Source: an uncultured cyanobacterium (GTDB taxonomy: Bacteria; Cyanobacteriota; Cyanobacteriia; PCC-9006; JAAUQQ01). Taken from it: DNA of 64,000 nt. This document shows, piece by piece, positions 39,586-50,543 of the stretch. The position numbers were made by a program, and so were the translations under genes. The first letter of the stretch is position 1. Every line of letters begins with the position of its first letter. The stretch spans positions 4,928,001 to 4,992,000 of the forward strand of contig OY970368.1 of NCBI GenBank assembly GCA_963718615.1. The letters run 5' to 3'. Under the pieces are notes generated by a model. The model was not told where the DNA came from. It did no database searches and saw nothing but the letters and a program-made list of their open reading frames with translations.

Positions 39586-40665
39586 CTAAAGCTTTGGCAG
39601 ATCCGCCGGAGCCGGTCCCCAATTCCCCTCGCCATCCCGAATCTTATCGCGATCAGCATCGCAGTTGCGCGGCAGAGAATCTAGTTTGCGCTGGTTCTTG
39701 CAGGCTTCGTAGAAAATCTGACCCACAAGACTCTTGGGCATGGTGTCCGACGCCTGGAGCGCCGCCTTGAAATCCGCTTGGGCGGCGGCGGCATTGCCTT
39801 GGGTCGCTAGCAGTTGTCCCTTGAGGTAATGCATTTCTGCATGGTTGGGCTGGGCTTTAAGACCCCGATTGGCAGCTTCTAGCCCTTTGTCATATTGCTT
39901 CATCGTGCGATAGCCCGTGGCCAAGGCCCAGTCGGCTAGGTAGGCGGCATCGGGGCTTTCACTGCGGACGAGTTCGAGTTTGGCGATCGCCGCTTTACTA
40001 TCGGACAACGGCAGATAAACCGACGTCATCATATCCATAAACCCTTGGACTAGATTGAGCTCGGGATCATTGGGATCAAGGTTGCGGGCTTGCTTGAGCG
40101 AACCGTAAATCCCCTTCAGTTTGCCAAAGGCCTTCGACATGCCTCGAATCGGGCCATCGCCGCCATCGGACAAGGCATAGGCTCCTTCTAGAAAATCCGC
40201 CATGGCCAGGTAGACATGACTGCGCAGAGGCTGGCTGGTTTTGAGCGCTGTTGCGGCTTGCCGAGTCTTTTGGGCATAGCTGGGGATCGCAGCCCAATCC
40301 TTGTTTTGATAGGCCAAAACCGCAAGCAGGGTATAAGCCAAGGGCTCATTCGCCTCTGTCGTTTGGGCTTGGTTCAGCAGCTCCGTCGCCGCCGCGTAAT
40401 CATTCGATTTAAACATGGCCTCGAAGGCTTGGCTGGTCTTCTCCCCAACCGGCTTCGGGTTATTCGTGCGGAAGGGGTCTGCGGCCAAGGCTGGAGCCAG
40501 CGATCCCAGGGTCAGCAACGCTGCACCCAAAATCCCGCCGAGGAAAGTCTGAAATTTTCTCGCAGGCAATCGTCTCCGGCCTTGAACGGCGGGCAGAGCA
40601 GCAGGCAAAGCGGCGGGCAGGCGACGGGCAGAAAACGAGGAAATAACCATAAGAAGATCGCTCAA
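39586..40665 (-). CDS. Exported TPR protein (Sll0314/Alr1548-like)
   Basis: Signal ending ALA-ADPFR, PELNLVQGFMD motif and TPR helices. Confidence 0.75.
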   Translation of the reverse strand: MSDLLMVISSFSARRLPAALPAALPAVQGRRRLPARKFQTFLGGILGAALLTLGSLAPALAADPFRTNNPKPVGEKTSQAFEAMFKSNDYAAATELLNQAQTTEANEPLAYTLLAVLAYQNKDWAAIPSYAQKTRQAATALKTSQPLRSHVYLAMADFLEGAYALSDGGDGPIRGMSKAFGKLKGIYGSLKQARNLDPNDPELNLVQGFMDMMTSVYLPLSDSKAAIAKLELVRSESPDAAYLADWALATGYRTMKQYDKGLEAANRGLKAQPNHAEMHYLKGQLLATQGNAAAAQADFKAALQASDTMPKSLVGQIFYEACKNQRKLDSLPRNCDADRDKIRDGEGNWGPAPADLPKL

Positions 40666-40890
40666 TCCTTAACTGATTCAGTCAAACGGAAATCGGGGAA
40701 TACGCAAGCTTTTATGACGGGCGATCGCCCCAGGGTGTTCCAACTGCCGACGGCATCTCCGTCCATTATGGTCAATTTTTTTACAGCCAGAGTCCCCGAA
40801 AATGGACCACAGTTGCCACAATGGATTTAGCCCTTGCCCCGAGTCTGTTTGAGCGAGGGCAGGCTGTGGTTGAACAAAATTTACCGCTGA

Positions 40891-41559
40891 ATGCTCTATC
40901 TCAAAAATATTTCCTATCATCCCCCGGCCACGCCCCAAGCCATTCTCAACGCGGTGAATCTGACCCTCGCACCGCAGCAGTTGGGTTTAGTCATTGGCCC
41001 CAGTGGCTCTGGCAAAACCACCTTGCTAGAAATCCTGGCAGGGTTAGCCCAGCCCACGGCAGGAGAGGTGGCTTGGCGAGAACAGTTACTGACGCCAATC
41101 CATTTGCAACAGTTGGGGGGGCTCGTATTTCAGTTTCCAGAGCGGCATTTTTGCGGGGGCACGGTTTTGGAGGAACTGCGGTTGGGGCATCCGGAATTGG
41201 GGAGCGATCGCGTCTATGAAGCCCTAGAAGAAGTGGGCCTCGGCCATCTCTCGCTCCAGTCTTCTCCCCAAGCCCTCAGCGGCGGTCAACAGCGGCGATT
41301 GTCCCTTGCCGTGCAACTCATTCGCCAGCCCCATTTATTGCTCTTAGACGAACCCACCGCTGGGCTAGATTGGTCCATGCGTCAGCAATTGGTGAATTTG
41401 CTCGCCCGCCTCAAACGCAAGTGGACGCTACTGATCGTCACCCACGATGCCGTCGATCTCATGCCCATCGCCGACTGCGCCTGGACCCTTAATCACGGCA
41501 TTCTCAGTGCCGTCGCCCTAGACTCGATGAATTTGTCCTCGCCACCCTGCACAAACTAA
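40891..41559 (+). CDS. ABC/ECF-type ATPase
   Basis: GPSGSGKTT, FQFPE, LSGGQQRR and LLLDEP motifs. Confidence 0.92.
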   Translation: MLYLKNISYHPPATPQAILNAVNLTLAPQQLGLVIGPSGSGKTTLLEILAGLAQPTAGEVAWREQLLTPIHLQQLGGLVFQFPERHFCGGTVLEELRLGHPELGSDRVYEALEEVGLGHLSLQSSPQALSGGQQRRLSLAVQLIRQPHLLLLDEPTAGLDWSMRQQLVNLLARLKRKWTLLIVTHDAVDLMPIADCAWTLNHGILSAVALDSMNLSSPPCTN

Positions 41560-41627
41560 GGCCATTTTGTAAGCTAAAGAAACGAACGGGGTTAAAGATT
41601 TAAGATCAGGAGCAGAAAGGAAGCGTA

Positions 41628-42524
41628 ATGGCAGATCAATTAATTCGGGCAACGGCAGCGGAGGGCGGGATTCGAGTCGTAGGGGTGATCACCACGGATT
41701 TAACCCAAGAGGCTCGCGATCGCCACCAGCTCTCCTACGTGGCCACCGTTGCCCTCGGGCGAACCATGGCCGCCGGGTTGCTCTTGGCTTCGAGTATGAA
41801 GCAGCCCCAGTCTCGGGTCAATCTGCGCATTAAGGGAGCCGGTCCACTCAAGGGGTTGTTGGTCGACGCGGGACTAGACGGTACGGTGCGGGGCTATGTA
41901 GAAAATCCAGCGGCAGAACTGCCTCTCAATGCCAAGGGACAATTGGATGTGGGCCGAGCCCTGGGAGCCGGATACCTCTACGTCATGCGCGATGTGGGCT
42001 ACGGCTATCCCTACAGCAGTACCGTAGAGCTCCTCTCCGGGGAAATTGGCGAAGATGTGGCCTACTATCTCGCTCATTCAGAGCAAACGCCATCGGCGCT
42101 GATGCTGGGGGTATTTACCCATGAATCGGGGGTGCAAGTCGCTGGCGGCCTTCTGGTTCAGGTATTGCCCAAGGCCTCACGGGATGAGTCGCTGGTGGAG
42201 CTCCTAGAGTCCCGCATCAGCCAACTCTCCGGATTTTCGGCGCTCCTGCAAAGCGGCAAGACGCTGACCCAGATTATGGCGGATTTGCTGGGGGATTTAG
42301 GGCTAGAAATTTTTCCAGAGACCCGCCTGCTGAAATTCTATTGTCCTTGTTCTCGCGATCGCGTCCTCGGTGCGCTGAAACTTTTTGGCAGCGAGGAACT
42401 GCGAGACATGGTTGAAAAGGATGATGGCGCTGAGGCCACCTGTGAGCTTTGTGGCGAAATTTATCAGGTCAAAAGCAATGAACTAGAAGACCTGATTGAA
42501 ACGCTGGAAGCGGCGAATGCCTAG
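41628..42524 (+). CDS. hslO: Hsp33 redox chaperone
   Basis: SGEIGED..YYL..SEQ motif; CPC...CELC zinc centre. Confidence 0.95.
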   Translation: MADQLIRATAAEGGIRVVGVITTDLTQEARDRHQLSYVATVALGRTMAAGLLLASSMKQPQSRVNLRIKGAGPLKGLLVDAGLDGTVRGYVENPAAELPLNAKGQLDVGRALGAGYLYVMRDVGYGYPYSSTVELLSGEIGEDVAYYLAHSEQTPSALMLGVFTHESGVQVAGGLLVQVLPKASRDESLVELLESRISQLSGFSALLQSGKTLTQIMADLLGDLGLEIFPETRLLKFYCPCSRDRVLGALKLFGSEELRDMVEKDDGAEATCELCGEIYQVKSNELEDLIETLEAANA

Positions 42525-42606
42525 CCCAATCCACACCAACAATCCATACACACAGACGCCCACAGTAAGGGTGCAAGGACAAGGATAGGGGTGAGGTGCG
42601 GGTAAG

Positions 42607-43239
42607 TTACTTCAGGAAGCTGCTGACCGCCCAGAGGACAATCAACGTCATCAACACCGAAAACTGATCGATGGTGATCCCCACGGTCGTCAGCAGCATC
42701 GACTGAAGCGGAATCGCCAGCAGCGTCCCCACCAAGAGTCCCCCGACCAATCCCAAAAACGTCATCAAGACCGCTCGTCCAAAGCGACCTTCCTTACGGT
42801 TGACGAAAAAGATGGCCGAGCCCCAGGCGATCGCCAACAGCAGTTGTTGTCCTCCTCGCTCTAAGTTGGGATAAAACAAACTCACACCCACCAGAGCCAA
42901 AGCGACCCCAGCCGGTAGCAAAATATCCCTCGGTGTGGGCTGATCCACGAGCTGCTGCATCCAAGGCGGCAACTTACGATTAACCACAGGCTCCGATTTG
43001 ACAACCGGTGGAACCGTCCGTTCTGGAAACCGAATGCGCTCTGGCACCTTGATTTTGCCCTCTTGGCGCATCCGCAGCCGATGCATCAGCACCGCATCAT
43101 AGGCCGCTTCGATCGCCTCAACCCGGCTACCATCCTCCTGGTTCACCGTAGTCATCAGGCGCTTTTTCGCTTCTTGAATTTCATCAAAAGAAGCACTTTC
43201 TGGAACCCCTAAGAGCTCATAGGGAGTCTGTTCGCTCAT
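42607..43239 (-). CDS. CPP1-like (J-like) membrane protein
   Basis: PYELLGV..ASFDEIQ and IEAAYDAVLM.RL motifs; C-terminal TM helices. Confidence 0.85.
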   Translation of the reverse strand: MSEQTPYELLGVPESASFDEIQEAKKRLMTTVNQEDGSRVEAIEAAYDAVLMHRLRMRQEGKIKVPERIRFPERTVPPVVKSEPVVNRKLPPWMQQLVDQPTPRDILLPAGVALALVGVSLFYPNLERGGQQLLLAIAWGSAIFFVNRKEGRFGRAVLMTFLGLVGGLLVGTLLAIPLQSMLLTTVGITIDQFSVLMTLIVLWAVSSFLK

Positions 43240-43518
43240 TCACAACCTCCAAAGAAGCCCCATTATCAATAACATGTATCAATAGCATCGGGAGACCCTA
43301 ACCGGCATCCCATGGCCGCGATCGGATTTCATTAAACAAATACCCCAGATTATCCCCTTTAGTGTAGGTCGATTTTTCGGGAAAGGCAGGTGAGTTCACT
43401 ATTGCTTTAATCAATTTACTGAAATCTTTGGCAGGATGTCAGGGGAGAGTGGAGCTGTCCTCAGCCTCCTGAACGAATCTCCGTTGCATCCATTCCTGTA
43501 ATTTTTATCCGAATCACC

Positions 43519-43734
43519 ATGGCAGCACTGAAAAAAGGGTCTCTCGTCCGGGTTGTCCGCGAAAAGCTCCAGAACAGCGTTGAAGCTACAGCCAGCGATA
43601 ACCGCTTTCCCGACTATATCTTTGACTCCGATGGCGAAGTGCTGGATATCAAAGGGGACTATGCCTGGGTCAAATTTGCCCTGCCCATCGCCAATATCTG
43701 GTTCCGGCTCGATCATCTTGACACCGCAGCCTAG
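43519..43734 (+). CDS. ndhO: NDH-1 subunit O
   Basis: KKGSLVRVVREKLQNSVEA.ASD.RFPDYIF motif. Confidence 0.92.
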   Translation: MAALKKGSLVRVVREKLQNSVEATASDNRFPDYIFDSDGEVLDIKGDYAWVKFALPIANIWFRLDHLDTAA

Positions 43735-43766
43735 AGATTATAGCTGGGGGATTATGGCTATTGCTC

Positions 43767-44522
43767 TCAGCGTCCGATGCGTTTGAGCGACTCTTGAGCC
43801 TCTTGGCGAAATTGCCGAGCGCGGCGAAACAACTCTTTGCCGGAATGCAAATAGGACTCGTCATAGCAGCTCGTAAACAGCTCCAGTTCATCTAGGCCAT
43901 CGCTCAGGTGGTTGATGGCGTAGTACAGCTTGCTGGCAGGACCTGCGGCACTGGGCGGATTGGGCATCGACTGAAACAGTCCATTTGCCTTTTCCTGCAG
44001 GCGACGGCAATCTTCCAGATAGGCCATAAATACAGCCATGAGGTCGTCATCAAAGGGGTCGGCGGCCAGATCATTGAGCTGCTGATTGAGCGGGCGCAGA
44101 ATTTGGTTGAGCAGGCGGCTTACCGGATTGTAGATTTGGCGGGTCCAATCAGCGAGGTCTACTTCAATGGCTTGACCTCGGGTTCGCCGTTTTTGGGCTT
44201 GGGCGGCCTGGGCCTGGGTAGAGCGAGCTTGGGCGGATTGGTAGGCTTGGTCGTAGGCGGTTGAGGACCTGGGATGGCGATCGCATCCTCCTGAGCGATG
44301 CGAGTTATCCCATTGGCGGTGGCGATCGTAATGCCGCCGCCGGTCCACATCGCCTAAGACTTCGTAAGCAGCATTGAGCGAAATAATTTTCTCCGACCCT
44401 AGATCTTCCGTTTGGCTATCGGGGTGGAATGCTTTGGCGAGCCGACGATAGGCTTGCTTGATGTCAGATTGGCTGGCCGAGGGGCTGAGGCCAAGGATTT
44501 TGTAAGGATCGGTTTCGGACAT
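43767..44522 (-). CDS. J-domain protein
   Basis: HPD motif and the cyanobacterial LAADPFDDDLM C-terminal domain. Confidence 0.88.
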   Translation of the reverse strand: MSETDPYKILGLSPSASQSDIKQAYRRLAKAFHPDSQTEDLGSEKIISLNAAYEVLGDVDRRRHYDRHRQWDNSHRSGGCDRHPRSSTAYDQAYQSAQARSTQAQAAQAQKRRTRGQAIEVDLADWTRQIYNPVSRLLNQILRPLNQQLNDLAADPFDDDLMAVFMAYLEDCRRLQEKANGLFQSMPNPPSAAGPASKLYYAINHLSDGLDELELFTSCYDESYLHSGKELFRRARQFRQEAQESLKRIGR

Positions 44523-44544
44523 AGGGTCTATTTTATTCGACCCA

Positions 44545-45444
44545 TCAGGCAGACGGCATCGCAGCGGCAAGACCTGTAACAAACTCTAAAACCGTTTGGA
44601 CAAAGGCTTCAGTCGATTCGTAGGGCAAGACATTGCGACCCGGTATGATTTTTCCCTGACCTTGGGGCAAGGCTGCGAGGTAAGCCTGCAAACGGGCTGG
44701 GGGGGACTCCGCTTGGCCAGAGCGGCTAATGCTGGAGGCTTCTTCCCCAAAGAGTACCAGGGTCGGTAAGGCTAGGGTGCGAAAGGCTTCGCTGTAGTCC
44801 TTTTGCCAAAACCGGGCCAAAAAGGCGAAGACCGCATGACGACTGGCGGGGTCAGCCGCTCCGGCCAGCAAGGGCGTCAGCCAAGCCTCATCCACGGGCA
44901 CCGTACTGGCAAAAAGCTGCTTGCGGGAAAAGGATTCCAAAAACGAACGACGGCGAGCATAGCGATAAAATGCCGCTCCCAACGGGGAGTTGAGCAATCC
45001 CCAGGTGAGCTGCTGTTGCCAGGGGGAGGCGGCTTGGGTCAGGAGTCGCCAAGCGGGGGGACCCGATAGGACTAAACCTTGGAGTAGCGGAGAGTGAAAC
45101 TGGGTCAGTTCGATCGCCGCAGGCACCAGACCCCCTTGAGCGACCACCACCACAGGTCGTTGAACCACGGTATCCAGAAAATGCTGGAGCTGGGCCGCCC
45201 AATCTTCTGGTCGATAGGCGCGGCGGGGCAAATCGCTCTCCCCACAGCCCAGCAGGTCCGGGTTATAGAGGGGAATATCCGAAACCTGCTGCCAAGCGGC
45301 GCAAAAGCGGTCCCAAAATCGTCGGGACAGCCCTACCCCAATGGGATGGATCAGCAGGAGCGCCAAGCCAGGGGAGCCCGGAAGTGTTTCGTAAGCGTAA
45401 CGATCGCCCTGCCAGGTTTGGAATTGGGTCGAGGATGGACTCAT
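44545..45444 (-). CDS. Alpha/beta-fold hydrolase-like protein
   Basis: HPIGVGLSRRFW and PDLLGCGESD motifs; nucleophile elbow is atypical. Confidence 0.8.
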   Translation of the reverse strand: MSPSSTQFQTWQGDRYAYETLPGSPGLALLLIHPIGVGLSRRFWDRFCAAWQQVSDIPLYNPDLLGCGESDLPRRAYRPEDWAAQLQHFLDTVVQRPVVVVAQGGLVPAAIELTQFHSPLLQGLVLSGPPAWRLLTQAASPWQQQLTWGLLNSPLGAAFYRYARRRSFLESFSRKQLFASTVPVDEAWLTPLLAGAADPASRHAVFAFLARFWQKDYSEAFRTLALPTLVLFGEEASSISRSGQAESPPARLQAYLAALPQGQGKIIPGRNVLPYESTEAFVQTVLEFVTGLAAAMPSA

Positions 45445-45483
45445 AATGGGGGCACTGTTGAATGCTGGTACTTGCGGCAAATT

Positions 45484-46575
45484 ATGCCAGAGGAATCCTC
45501 CAAGCCCGCTCCAGGCTCGACCCCTTCTCCCGAGCCAGGACCTTCAAGTTCTACGTCTTCCAGTTCCGATTCGAGCCCCCCATCTCCCAATCCGTCCTCC
45601 AATCCGTCCCCTAGTCCAGCGACAGCGGCTTCGCCTTCTGGTTTCCCCCGTCCTCAGGCCAGTGCCCTAGGAAAGGCTACCGCAACCTTCAAAGTGCAGG
45701 GTGGACGCTTGTTGCGGGAGGCGGGGGAAGGGTTGGTGGGCTTTTCGGATTGGTTGGCCGATCGCACCACAGAAACCGATACTGCCCGTGCCGCTGAGGT
45801 GGATAAAGCCTTCTTGAACCAGTTTGGGCGGCTCTGGCAACGCTGGTCGGGGTTGCTGGAACAGGTGCGATCGCCCCTCCCAAATAAGCTCCAAACCCAG
45901 CTCACCGATAGCCGCATGACAGGGCTGCTGGTGGGGCTGCTGGTGTTTTTGTGGGTGGCGATCGCCTCGGCCACCGGGGGAGGCTCCGACCGCGCCCAGT
46001 CGACCCCCAACTCACCGGTCGCCAGCCGTCCTCAACCCACCGTCAGCCACCGTCAGCCCCCGCAGACCGTCGTTAGTAGCCGTCCTTATACTGGTCCCAT
46101 TCAGGACAGCTCAGCCCCGCCAGTAACCCCGCCAGTGACCCCGCCAGTGACCCCGCCGCCGTCCATCGCTCCACCCGAATCCACCCGCCCACTTCCACCG
46201 ACTGTCATCGCGGCTCAGCCCCCTGCACCCGCTCCTCTCTCTCCGGTCACGCCGCCTAGCCCGGAGCAGCGGCTCCTCGCCGTTATTCGTCGGCAGCTGG
46301 ACGAGGTTGTTAGCCCCGATCACCCCAACTTAATCGCCTCGGTCCAGGCCAGCCTCAGCAAGGGCGAACTGACCGTGCACCTGGGGGAGTCCTGGTTTAA
46401 TCTGGATGCCGCCAACCAGGATGCGATCGCCCAAGATCTCTTCGCCCAAGCGGAAAGCTTTGATTTTAGCCAGGTGCGGATTGTGGATGAGCGCGATCGC
46501 CTGCTCGTCCGTAAGCCGGTGGTGGGTCAAGAGGTGATTGTGCTGCGACGACGGAAAGTGGAGGGTTTTTCATAG
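45484..46575 (+). CDS. Pro-rich membrane-anchored hypothetical protein
   Basis: TM helix, PPVT repeats and a conserved-looking PEQRL...W..L...Q C-terminal domain. Confidence 0.65.
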   Translation: MPEESSKPAPGSTPSPEPGPSSSTSSSSDSSPPSPNPSSNPSPSPATAASPSGFPRPQASALGKATATFKVQGGRLLREAGEGLVGFSDWLADRTTETDTARAAEVDKAFLNQFGRLWQRWSGLLEQVRSPLPNKLQTQLTDSRMTGLLVGLLVFLWVAIASATGGGSDRAQSTPNSPVASRPQPTVSHRQPPQTVVSSRPYTGPIQDSSAPPVTPPVTPPVTPPPSIAPPESTRPLPPTVIAAQPPAPAPLSPVTPPSPEQRLLAVIRRQLDEVVSPDHPNLIASVQASLSKGELTVHLGESWFNLDAANQDAIAQDLFAQAESFDFSQVRIVDERDRLLVRKPVVGQEVIVLRRRKVEGFS

Positions 46576-46693
46576 TTGACTTTTTCATAATTTGAACGAT
46601 TAAGCGGCTTGCGAGACAAACTCTAGAAGACTGAAGTGATCCCACCAAGATACCGAGGATTCGGAGGGTGATCAGTCTTGAGCAAGATAGGAG

Positions 46694-48862
46694 TTGGAGT
46701 TTCGCAGCATGGGCTTCGACGGTCTCTTGGGGATGATGTGGATACAGTGGCTGTCGGGAACGCCCCAACCAGACTGGAGTCCAGAGATGGGTGAAGGGTG
46801 GACCATGGGTACGCAAGTATGGACCGTCTTGGCCTGGGCCGGTTTGAGCATTGTGGCGGCGATCGCCTCAGCGCTTAGTACTTGGTTGTTCCAGCGTCAG
46901 CGTTTTCAGGGACAACGTTTATCTCGGCTGCGCCTACTAGAGGCCGACAACCACTCCTTGCGTCAAGATGTTCTAGCGCTGCGTCAGCTATTAGAGGAAC
47001 AGGGCATTGAACAGCCTAGCGCTTCCCGCCAGGACCCTTGGGCCTTAGAGACTGAACCGGAAAGGGACTATTTCCCCACGGTGCTCGAAAACATGCCCGT
47101 TATGCTCAATGCCTTTGACCCGCAGGGCAATCTCAAGCTGTGGAACCACGAATGTCAACGGGTGACCGGCTATCTCGCGGAAGAGATGATTGATAACCCT
47201 CGGGCCATGGAATGGCTCTATCCCAACGCCGCCTACCGCCAGAAAATGATGACCGCTTGGCAAACGCGGGGCAATGATTTTCGGGACTGGGAGTGGGATA
47301 TCACCTGTAAAGACGGAACGGTCAAAACCATTGCCTGGTCCAATATTTCGGATCGGTATCCCATCTGTGGGTGGTCTACTTGGTCCATCGGGGTGGAAGT
47401 GAGCGATCGCAAGCGAGCCGAGGCCGAACTGCGAGAAGCCAAAGAGGCAGCTGAAGACGCCAGCAAAGCTAAAAGCCGCTTCTTGGCCAGCATGAGCCAC
47501 GAACTACGCACCCCCCTCAATAGCATTCTGGGCTTTAGCCAGTTGATCAACCGCGAAGGCGCATTGCCGCTGCAAATGCAGGAGTATCTAGACATCATCA
47601 ATCGCAGCGGCGAAGATCTCCTGGGCCTGATCAACGATGTCCTAGAGGTCTCCAAAATCGAAGCCGGTCGCGTGACGCTCCAGCCCGCCGCCTTTGACCT
47701 GCACAAATTGCTCCAACGACTGGAAGAAACCCTGTCGCTCCAAGCCCATGTCAAGGGCCTGCGCCTGCGTTTTCAAGTGGACCCCCAAGCTCCGCGATAT
47801 ATTCAAGCCGATGAGGGTAAGCTGAATCAGATTTTGCTCAATTTACTGGGCAATGCCATAAAATTCACAGACTCCGGTGGCGTGGTTCTGCGGGTTAAGG
47901 CCCCGCTGGCCAGAAAACTGCGGTTTGAAGTTCAAGATTCTGGTCCTGGGATCGCTACAGAGGACCTCCCAGAACTGTTTAAGCCCTTTGCCCAGACTCA
48001 CTTGGGTCAAACGGTTCATAAGGGCAGTGGCCTTGGCCTCTTCATCAGCCAACGTTTTGTGCAGTTAATGGATGGTCAAATCCAAGTCCGTAGCCGCTTA
48101 GGGCGAGGCACATTGTTCATTTGTGATCTGCCGGTTTTGATTGTAACTCCGGCCCACTTAGCGCCTGTAAGGGTTTGCGATCGCCGCATCCAGGCCATCG
48201 CCCCAGGACAACCCCGCTATCGCATTTTAATTGCCGAAGATCGCCCAACCAACCGTTTGCTGCTCCTACAAATCCTCAGTCCCCTAGGGTTTGAGGTGTG
48301 GCAGGCCGAACATGGGCAAGAGGCGGTAGAAATGTGCCAACGGCTGCATCCCGATCTGATTTTGATGGACATGCGGATGCCAGTCATGGATGGCTATGAA
48401 GCAACGCGACAAATCCAGGCGCATTTTTCCAACCAAGGGACGCAGCGGCCCAAAATTATTGCGTTGACCGCCAGCGCCTTTGAAGAAGAACGCCGTCAGA
48501 TGATGGCCCAGGGCTGCGATGCCTTCGTCCGCAAACCTTTCAATCGAGAAGATTTACTCAGCCTGATCGGAACCCATTTGGACGTTCGTTATCTCTACGA
48601 AGAAGCGATCCCGCCGACCCCTCCCAGTTTGCCCCAGTCCCGGCTCCCCGACTTAGAGCCTAATGCCTTAGAGCCTATGCCAGAAGTCTGGCGACAGCAG
48701 CTTTATCAGGCTGCGGCCCAGGGGAGCGATCGCAAACTGCTCCAACTGATTGAAGCCATACCCAGCTCCCACCAAGACCTCGCCATAGCCCTCACCACCT
48801 GGGTCACCCACTACCGCTTTGATCGGGTTATGGCGCTAGCCCAGCCCCAGAAACTCCCCTAA
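46694..48862 (+). CDS. Hybrid sensor histidine kinase (PAS-HisKA-HATPase-REC)
   Basis: MSHELRTPLN, NLLGNAIKFT, GSGLGL and ILMDMRMP motifs. The true start may be the ATG at 46805. Confidence 0.93.
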   Translation: MEFRSMGFDGLLGMMWIQWLSGTPQPDWSPEMGEGWTMGTQVWTVLAWAGLSIVAAIASALSTWLFQRQRFQGQRLSRLRLLEADNHSLRQDVLALRQLLEEQGIEQPSASRQDPWALETEPERDYFPTVLENMPVMLNAFDPQGNLKLWNHECQRVTGYLAEEMIDNPRAMEWLYPNAAYRQKMMTAWQTRGNDFRDWEWDITCKDGTVKTIAWSNISDRYPICGWSTWSIGVEVSDRKRAEAELREAKEAAEDASKAKSRFLASMSHELRTPLNSILGFSQLINREGALPLQMQEYLDIINRSGEDLLGLINDVLEVSKIEAGRVTLQPAAFDLHKLLQRLEETLSLQAHVKGLRLRFQVDPQAPRYIQADEGKLNQILLNLLGNAIKFTDSGGVVLRVKAPLARKLRFEVQDSGPGIATEDLPELFKPFAQTHLGQTVHKGSGLGLFISQRFVQLMDGQIQVRSRLGRGTLFICDLPVLIVTPAHLAPVRVCDRRIQAIAPGQPRYRILIAEDRPTNRLLLLQILSPLGFEVWQAEHGQEAVEMCQRLHPDLILMDMRMPVMDGYEATRQIQAHFSNQGTQRPKIIALTASAFEEERRQMMAQGCDAFVRKPFNREDLLSLIGTHLDVRYLYEEAIPPTPPSLPQSRLPDLEPNALEPMPEVWRQQLYQAAAQGSDRKLLQLIEAIPSSHQDLAIALTTWVTHYRFDRVMALAQPQKLP

Positions 48863-48892
48863 AATTTGCTGTGCTCCCCTCCCTCAGCCCCC

Positions 48893-50008
48893 ATGGCGTT
48901 TGCTGTTCCTTTGTCCTCCTCTCCCCAGCCGAACATCCTGATTGTGGATGATACGCCAGATAACTTACGAATTTTGTCCGATATGCTGAGTCTGCAGGGT
49001 TACGAAGTGCGGAAAGCACTCAGTGGCAACATGGCGCTCAAATCGATTCAAGCGCTGCATCCAGACTTAATTCTGCTGGATATCATGATGCCCGGTATCG
49101 ATGGCTACGAGGTTTGTCGGCGTCTCAAGGCCAATCCTGCAACGCTCCAAATTCCAATCATTTTTTTGAGTGCACTCAATGCGACCGAGGAAAAGGTTAA
49201 GGCCTTTAAACTCGGAGCAGCGGATTATGTCACTAAACCCTTTCAGTTTGAGGAAATTGTGGCGCGGATTGAACATCAGCTACATCTCTGCCGGTTGCAG
49301 CAACAGCTCGCCGCCCAAAATGCCTTATTAGAAGCTGAAAAAAGCAAAGCAGAAGCACTTTTGCTCAATATTTTACCCGAACCCATTGTGGCGCAACTGC
49401 GAGATCACCCACACCTCGGGCAGCTCGATCTTGCCCACAGTGCCAATCAAGTCATTTTGGCTCAGTTTTTTCCAACGGCAACTATTTTGTTTGCAGATAT
49501 TGCCAATTTTACGGATTTTGCGACCCAAGTCAGCCCTCGTACCCTCGTTAGCTTGCTCAATCAAATTTTCTCTCAGTTTGATCATTTAGCCGATCGCTAT
49601 CATTTAGAAAAAATTAAAACCATTGGAGATGCCTATATGGTTGCCGGAGGAATTCCGGTGCCGCAGAATGACCATGCTCAGGCGATCGCCCAAATGGCGA
49701 TAGAGATGCAAACCGTCATTACCCACTTCAAAACCACTACGGGAAAATCCTTTCAGCTTCGAATTGGTATCAATACAGGACCGGTCATTGCCGGTATTTT
49801 AGGCATCAAAAAGTTTTCCTACGATCTGTGGGGAGATGCGGTCAATATCGCCAGTCGGATGGAGTTTCACGGCGAACCTGGACGCATTCAGGTCTCTGAA
49901 ACAACTTATGAAATGCTCAAGGACGAGTATGTGTTCTCGCCCAGAGGCATGGTTCACGTTAAAGGAAAAGGTATGATGCAGACTTACTGGCTGCTAGGAA
50001 AACGCTAG
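48893..50008 (+). CDS. Response-regulator adenylate/guanylate cyclase
   Basis: REC domain plus class III cyclase motifs ILFADI, KIKTIGDAYM and YDLWGDAVNIASRME. Confidence 0.93.
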   Translation: MAFAVPLSSSPQPNILIVDDTPDNLRILSDMLSLQGYEVRKALSGNMALKSIQALHPDLILLDIMMPGIDGYEVCRRLKANPATLQIPIIFLSALNATEEKVKAFKLGAADYVTKPFQFEEIVARIEHQLHLCRLQQQLAAQNALLEAEKSKAEALLLNILPEPIVAQLRDHPHLGQLDLAHSANQVILAQFFPTATILFADIANFTDFATQVSPRTLVSLLNQIFSQFDHLADRYHLEKIKTIGDAYMVAGGIPVPQNDHAQAIAQMAIEMQTVITHFKTTTGKSFQLRIGINTGPVIAGILGIKKFSYDLWGDAVNIASRMEFHGEPGRIQVSETTYEMLKDEYVFSPRGMVHVKGKGMMQTYWLLGKR

Positions 50009-50027
50009 TGGAGACTCGTTTAGAGGG

Positions 50028-50543
50028 TTAGCGTCCTCGTCGAAAATCTCGATTATGTTCTCGGTCATAACATAACCCATCCTCCCAGTGACGGTTTTGA
50101 CCTTTACAAGCAGCTTCCGTTTTAATCCAAGGGAGCGCGGTGGGATAAGAGTTTGAGATTTCTGGGGCAGCTGTCTTTTGGGCAAAATTTCCCGAGAACA
50201 GGAGGAACACATTATAGCTGACAACCCCTAAAACTGCGACAGATCCTGCAAGGAACAGCAGGTTCCCAAGGGTAAAAAACTTTCTTTTCTCCTGCCGTAA
50301 ACGTTCTAGACTTCGGCGTTCTGGGCCTGCAAGAAAGACGATATAAAACCGCTGAAATAGAGTAGGGATGGAAAGACGAATATCAATTAAATGTCGTTTG
50401 GGCTGAGCCAATGCCTGACGAAGAGATTCAAGCTGAATTTCTGTAAAGCTATCAACAATATGGGCGGGCATTCGATTCAAAATTCGATTGACAAGGGGAT
50501 CGGAACGATACATCGCTTTGCGATCATCTGAATTTGTATTCAT
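50028..50543 (-). CDS. Hypothetical membrane-anchored protein
   Basis: HLIDIRLSIP..RFYIVFLAGPERRS motif, TM helix and C-terminal Cys pair. Confidence 0.65.
   Translation of the reverse strand: MNTNSDDRKAMYRSDPLVNRILNRMPAHIVDSFTEIQLESLRQALAQPKRHLIDIRLSIPTLFQRFYIVFLAGPERRSLERLRQEKRKFFTLGNLLFLAGSVAVLGVVSYNVFLLFSGNFAQKTAAPEISNSYPTALPWIKTEAACKGQNRHWEDGLCYDREHNRDFRRGR

Noticed and set aside
45094-45483. Long N-terminal extension of ORF 45094-46575
   Set aside because: It overlaps the antisense hydrolase gene; the ATG at 45484 fits better.
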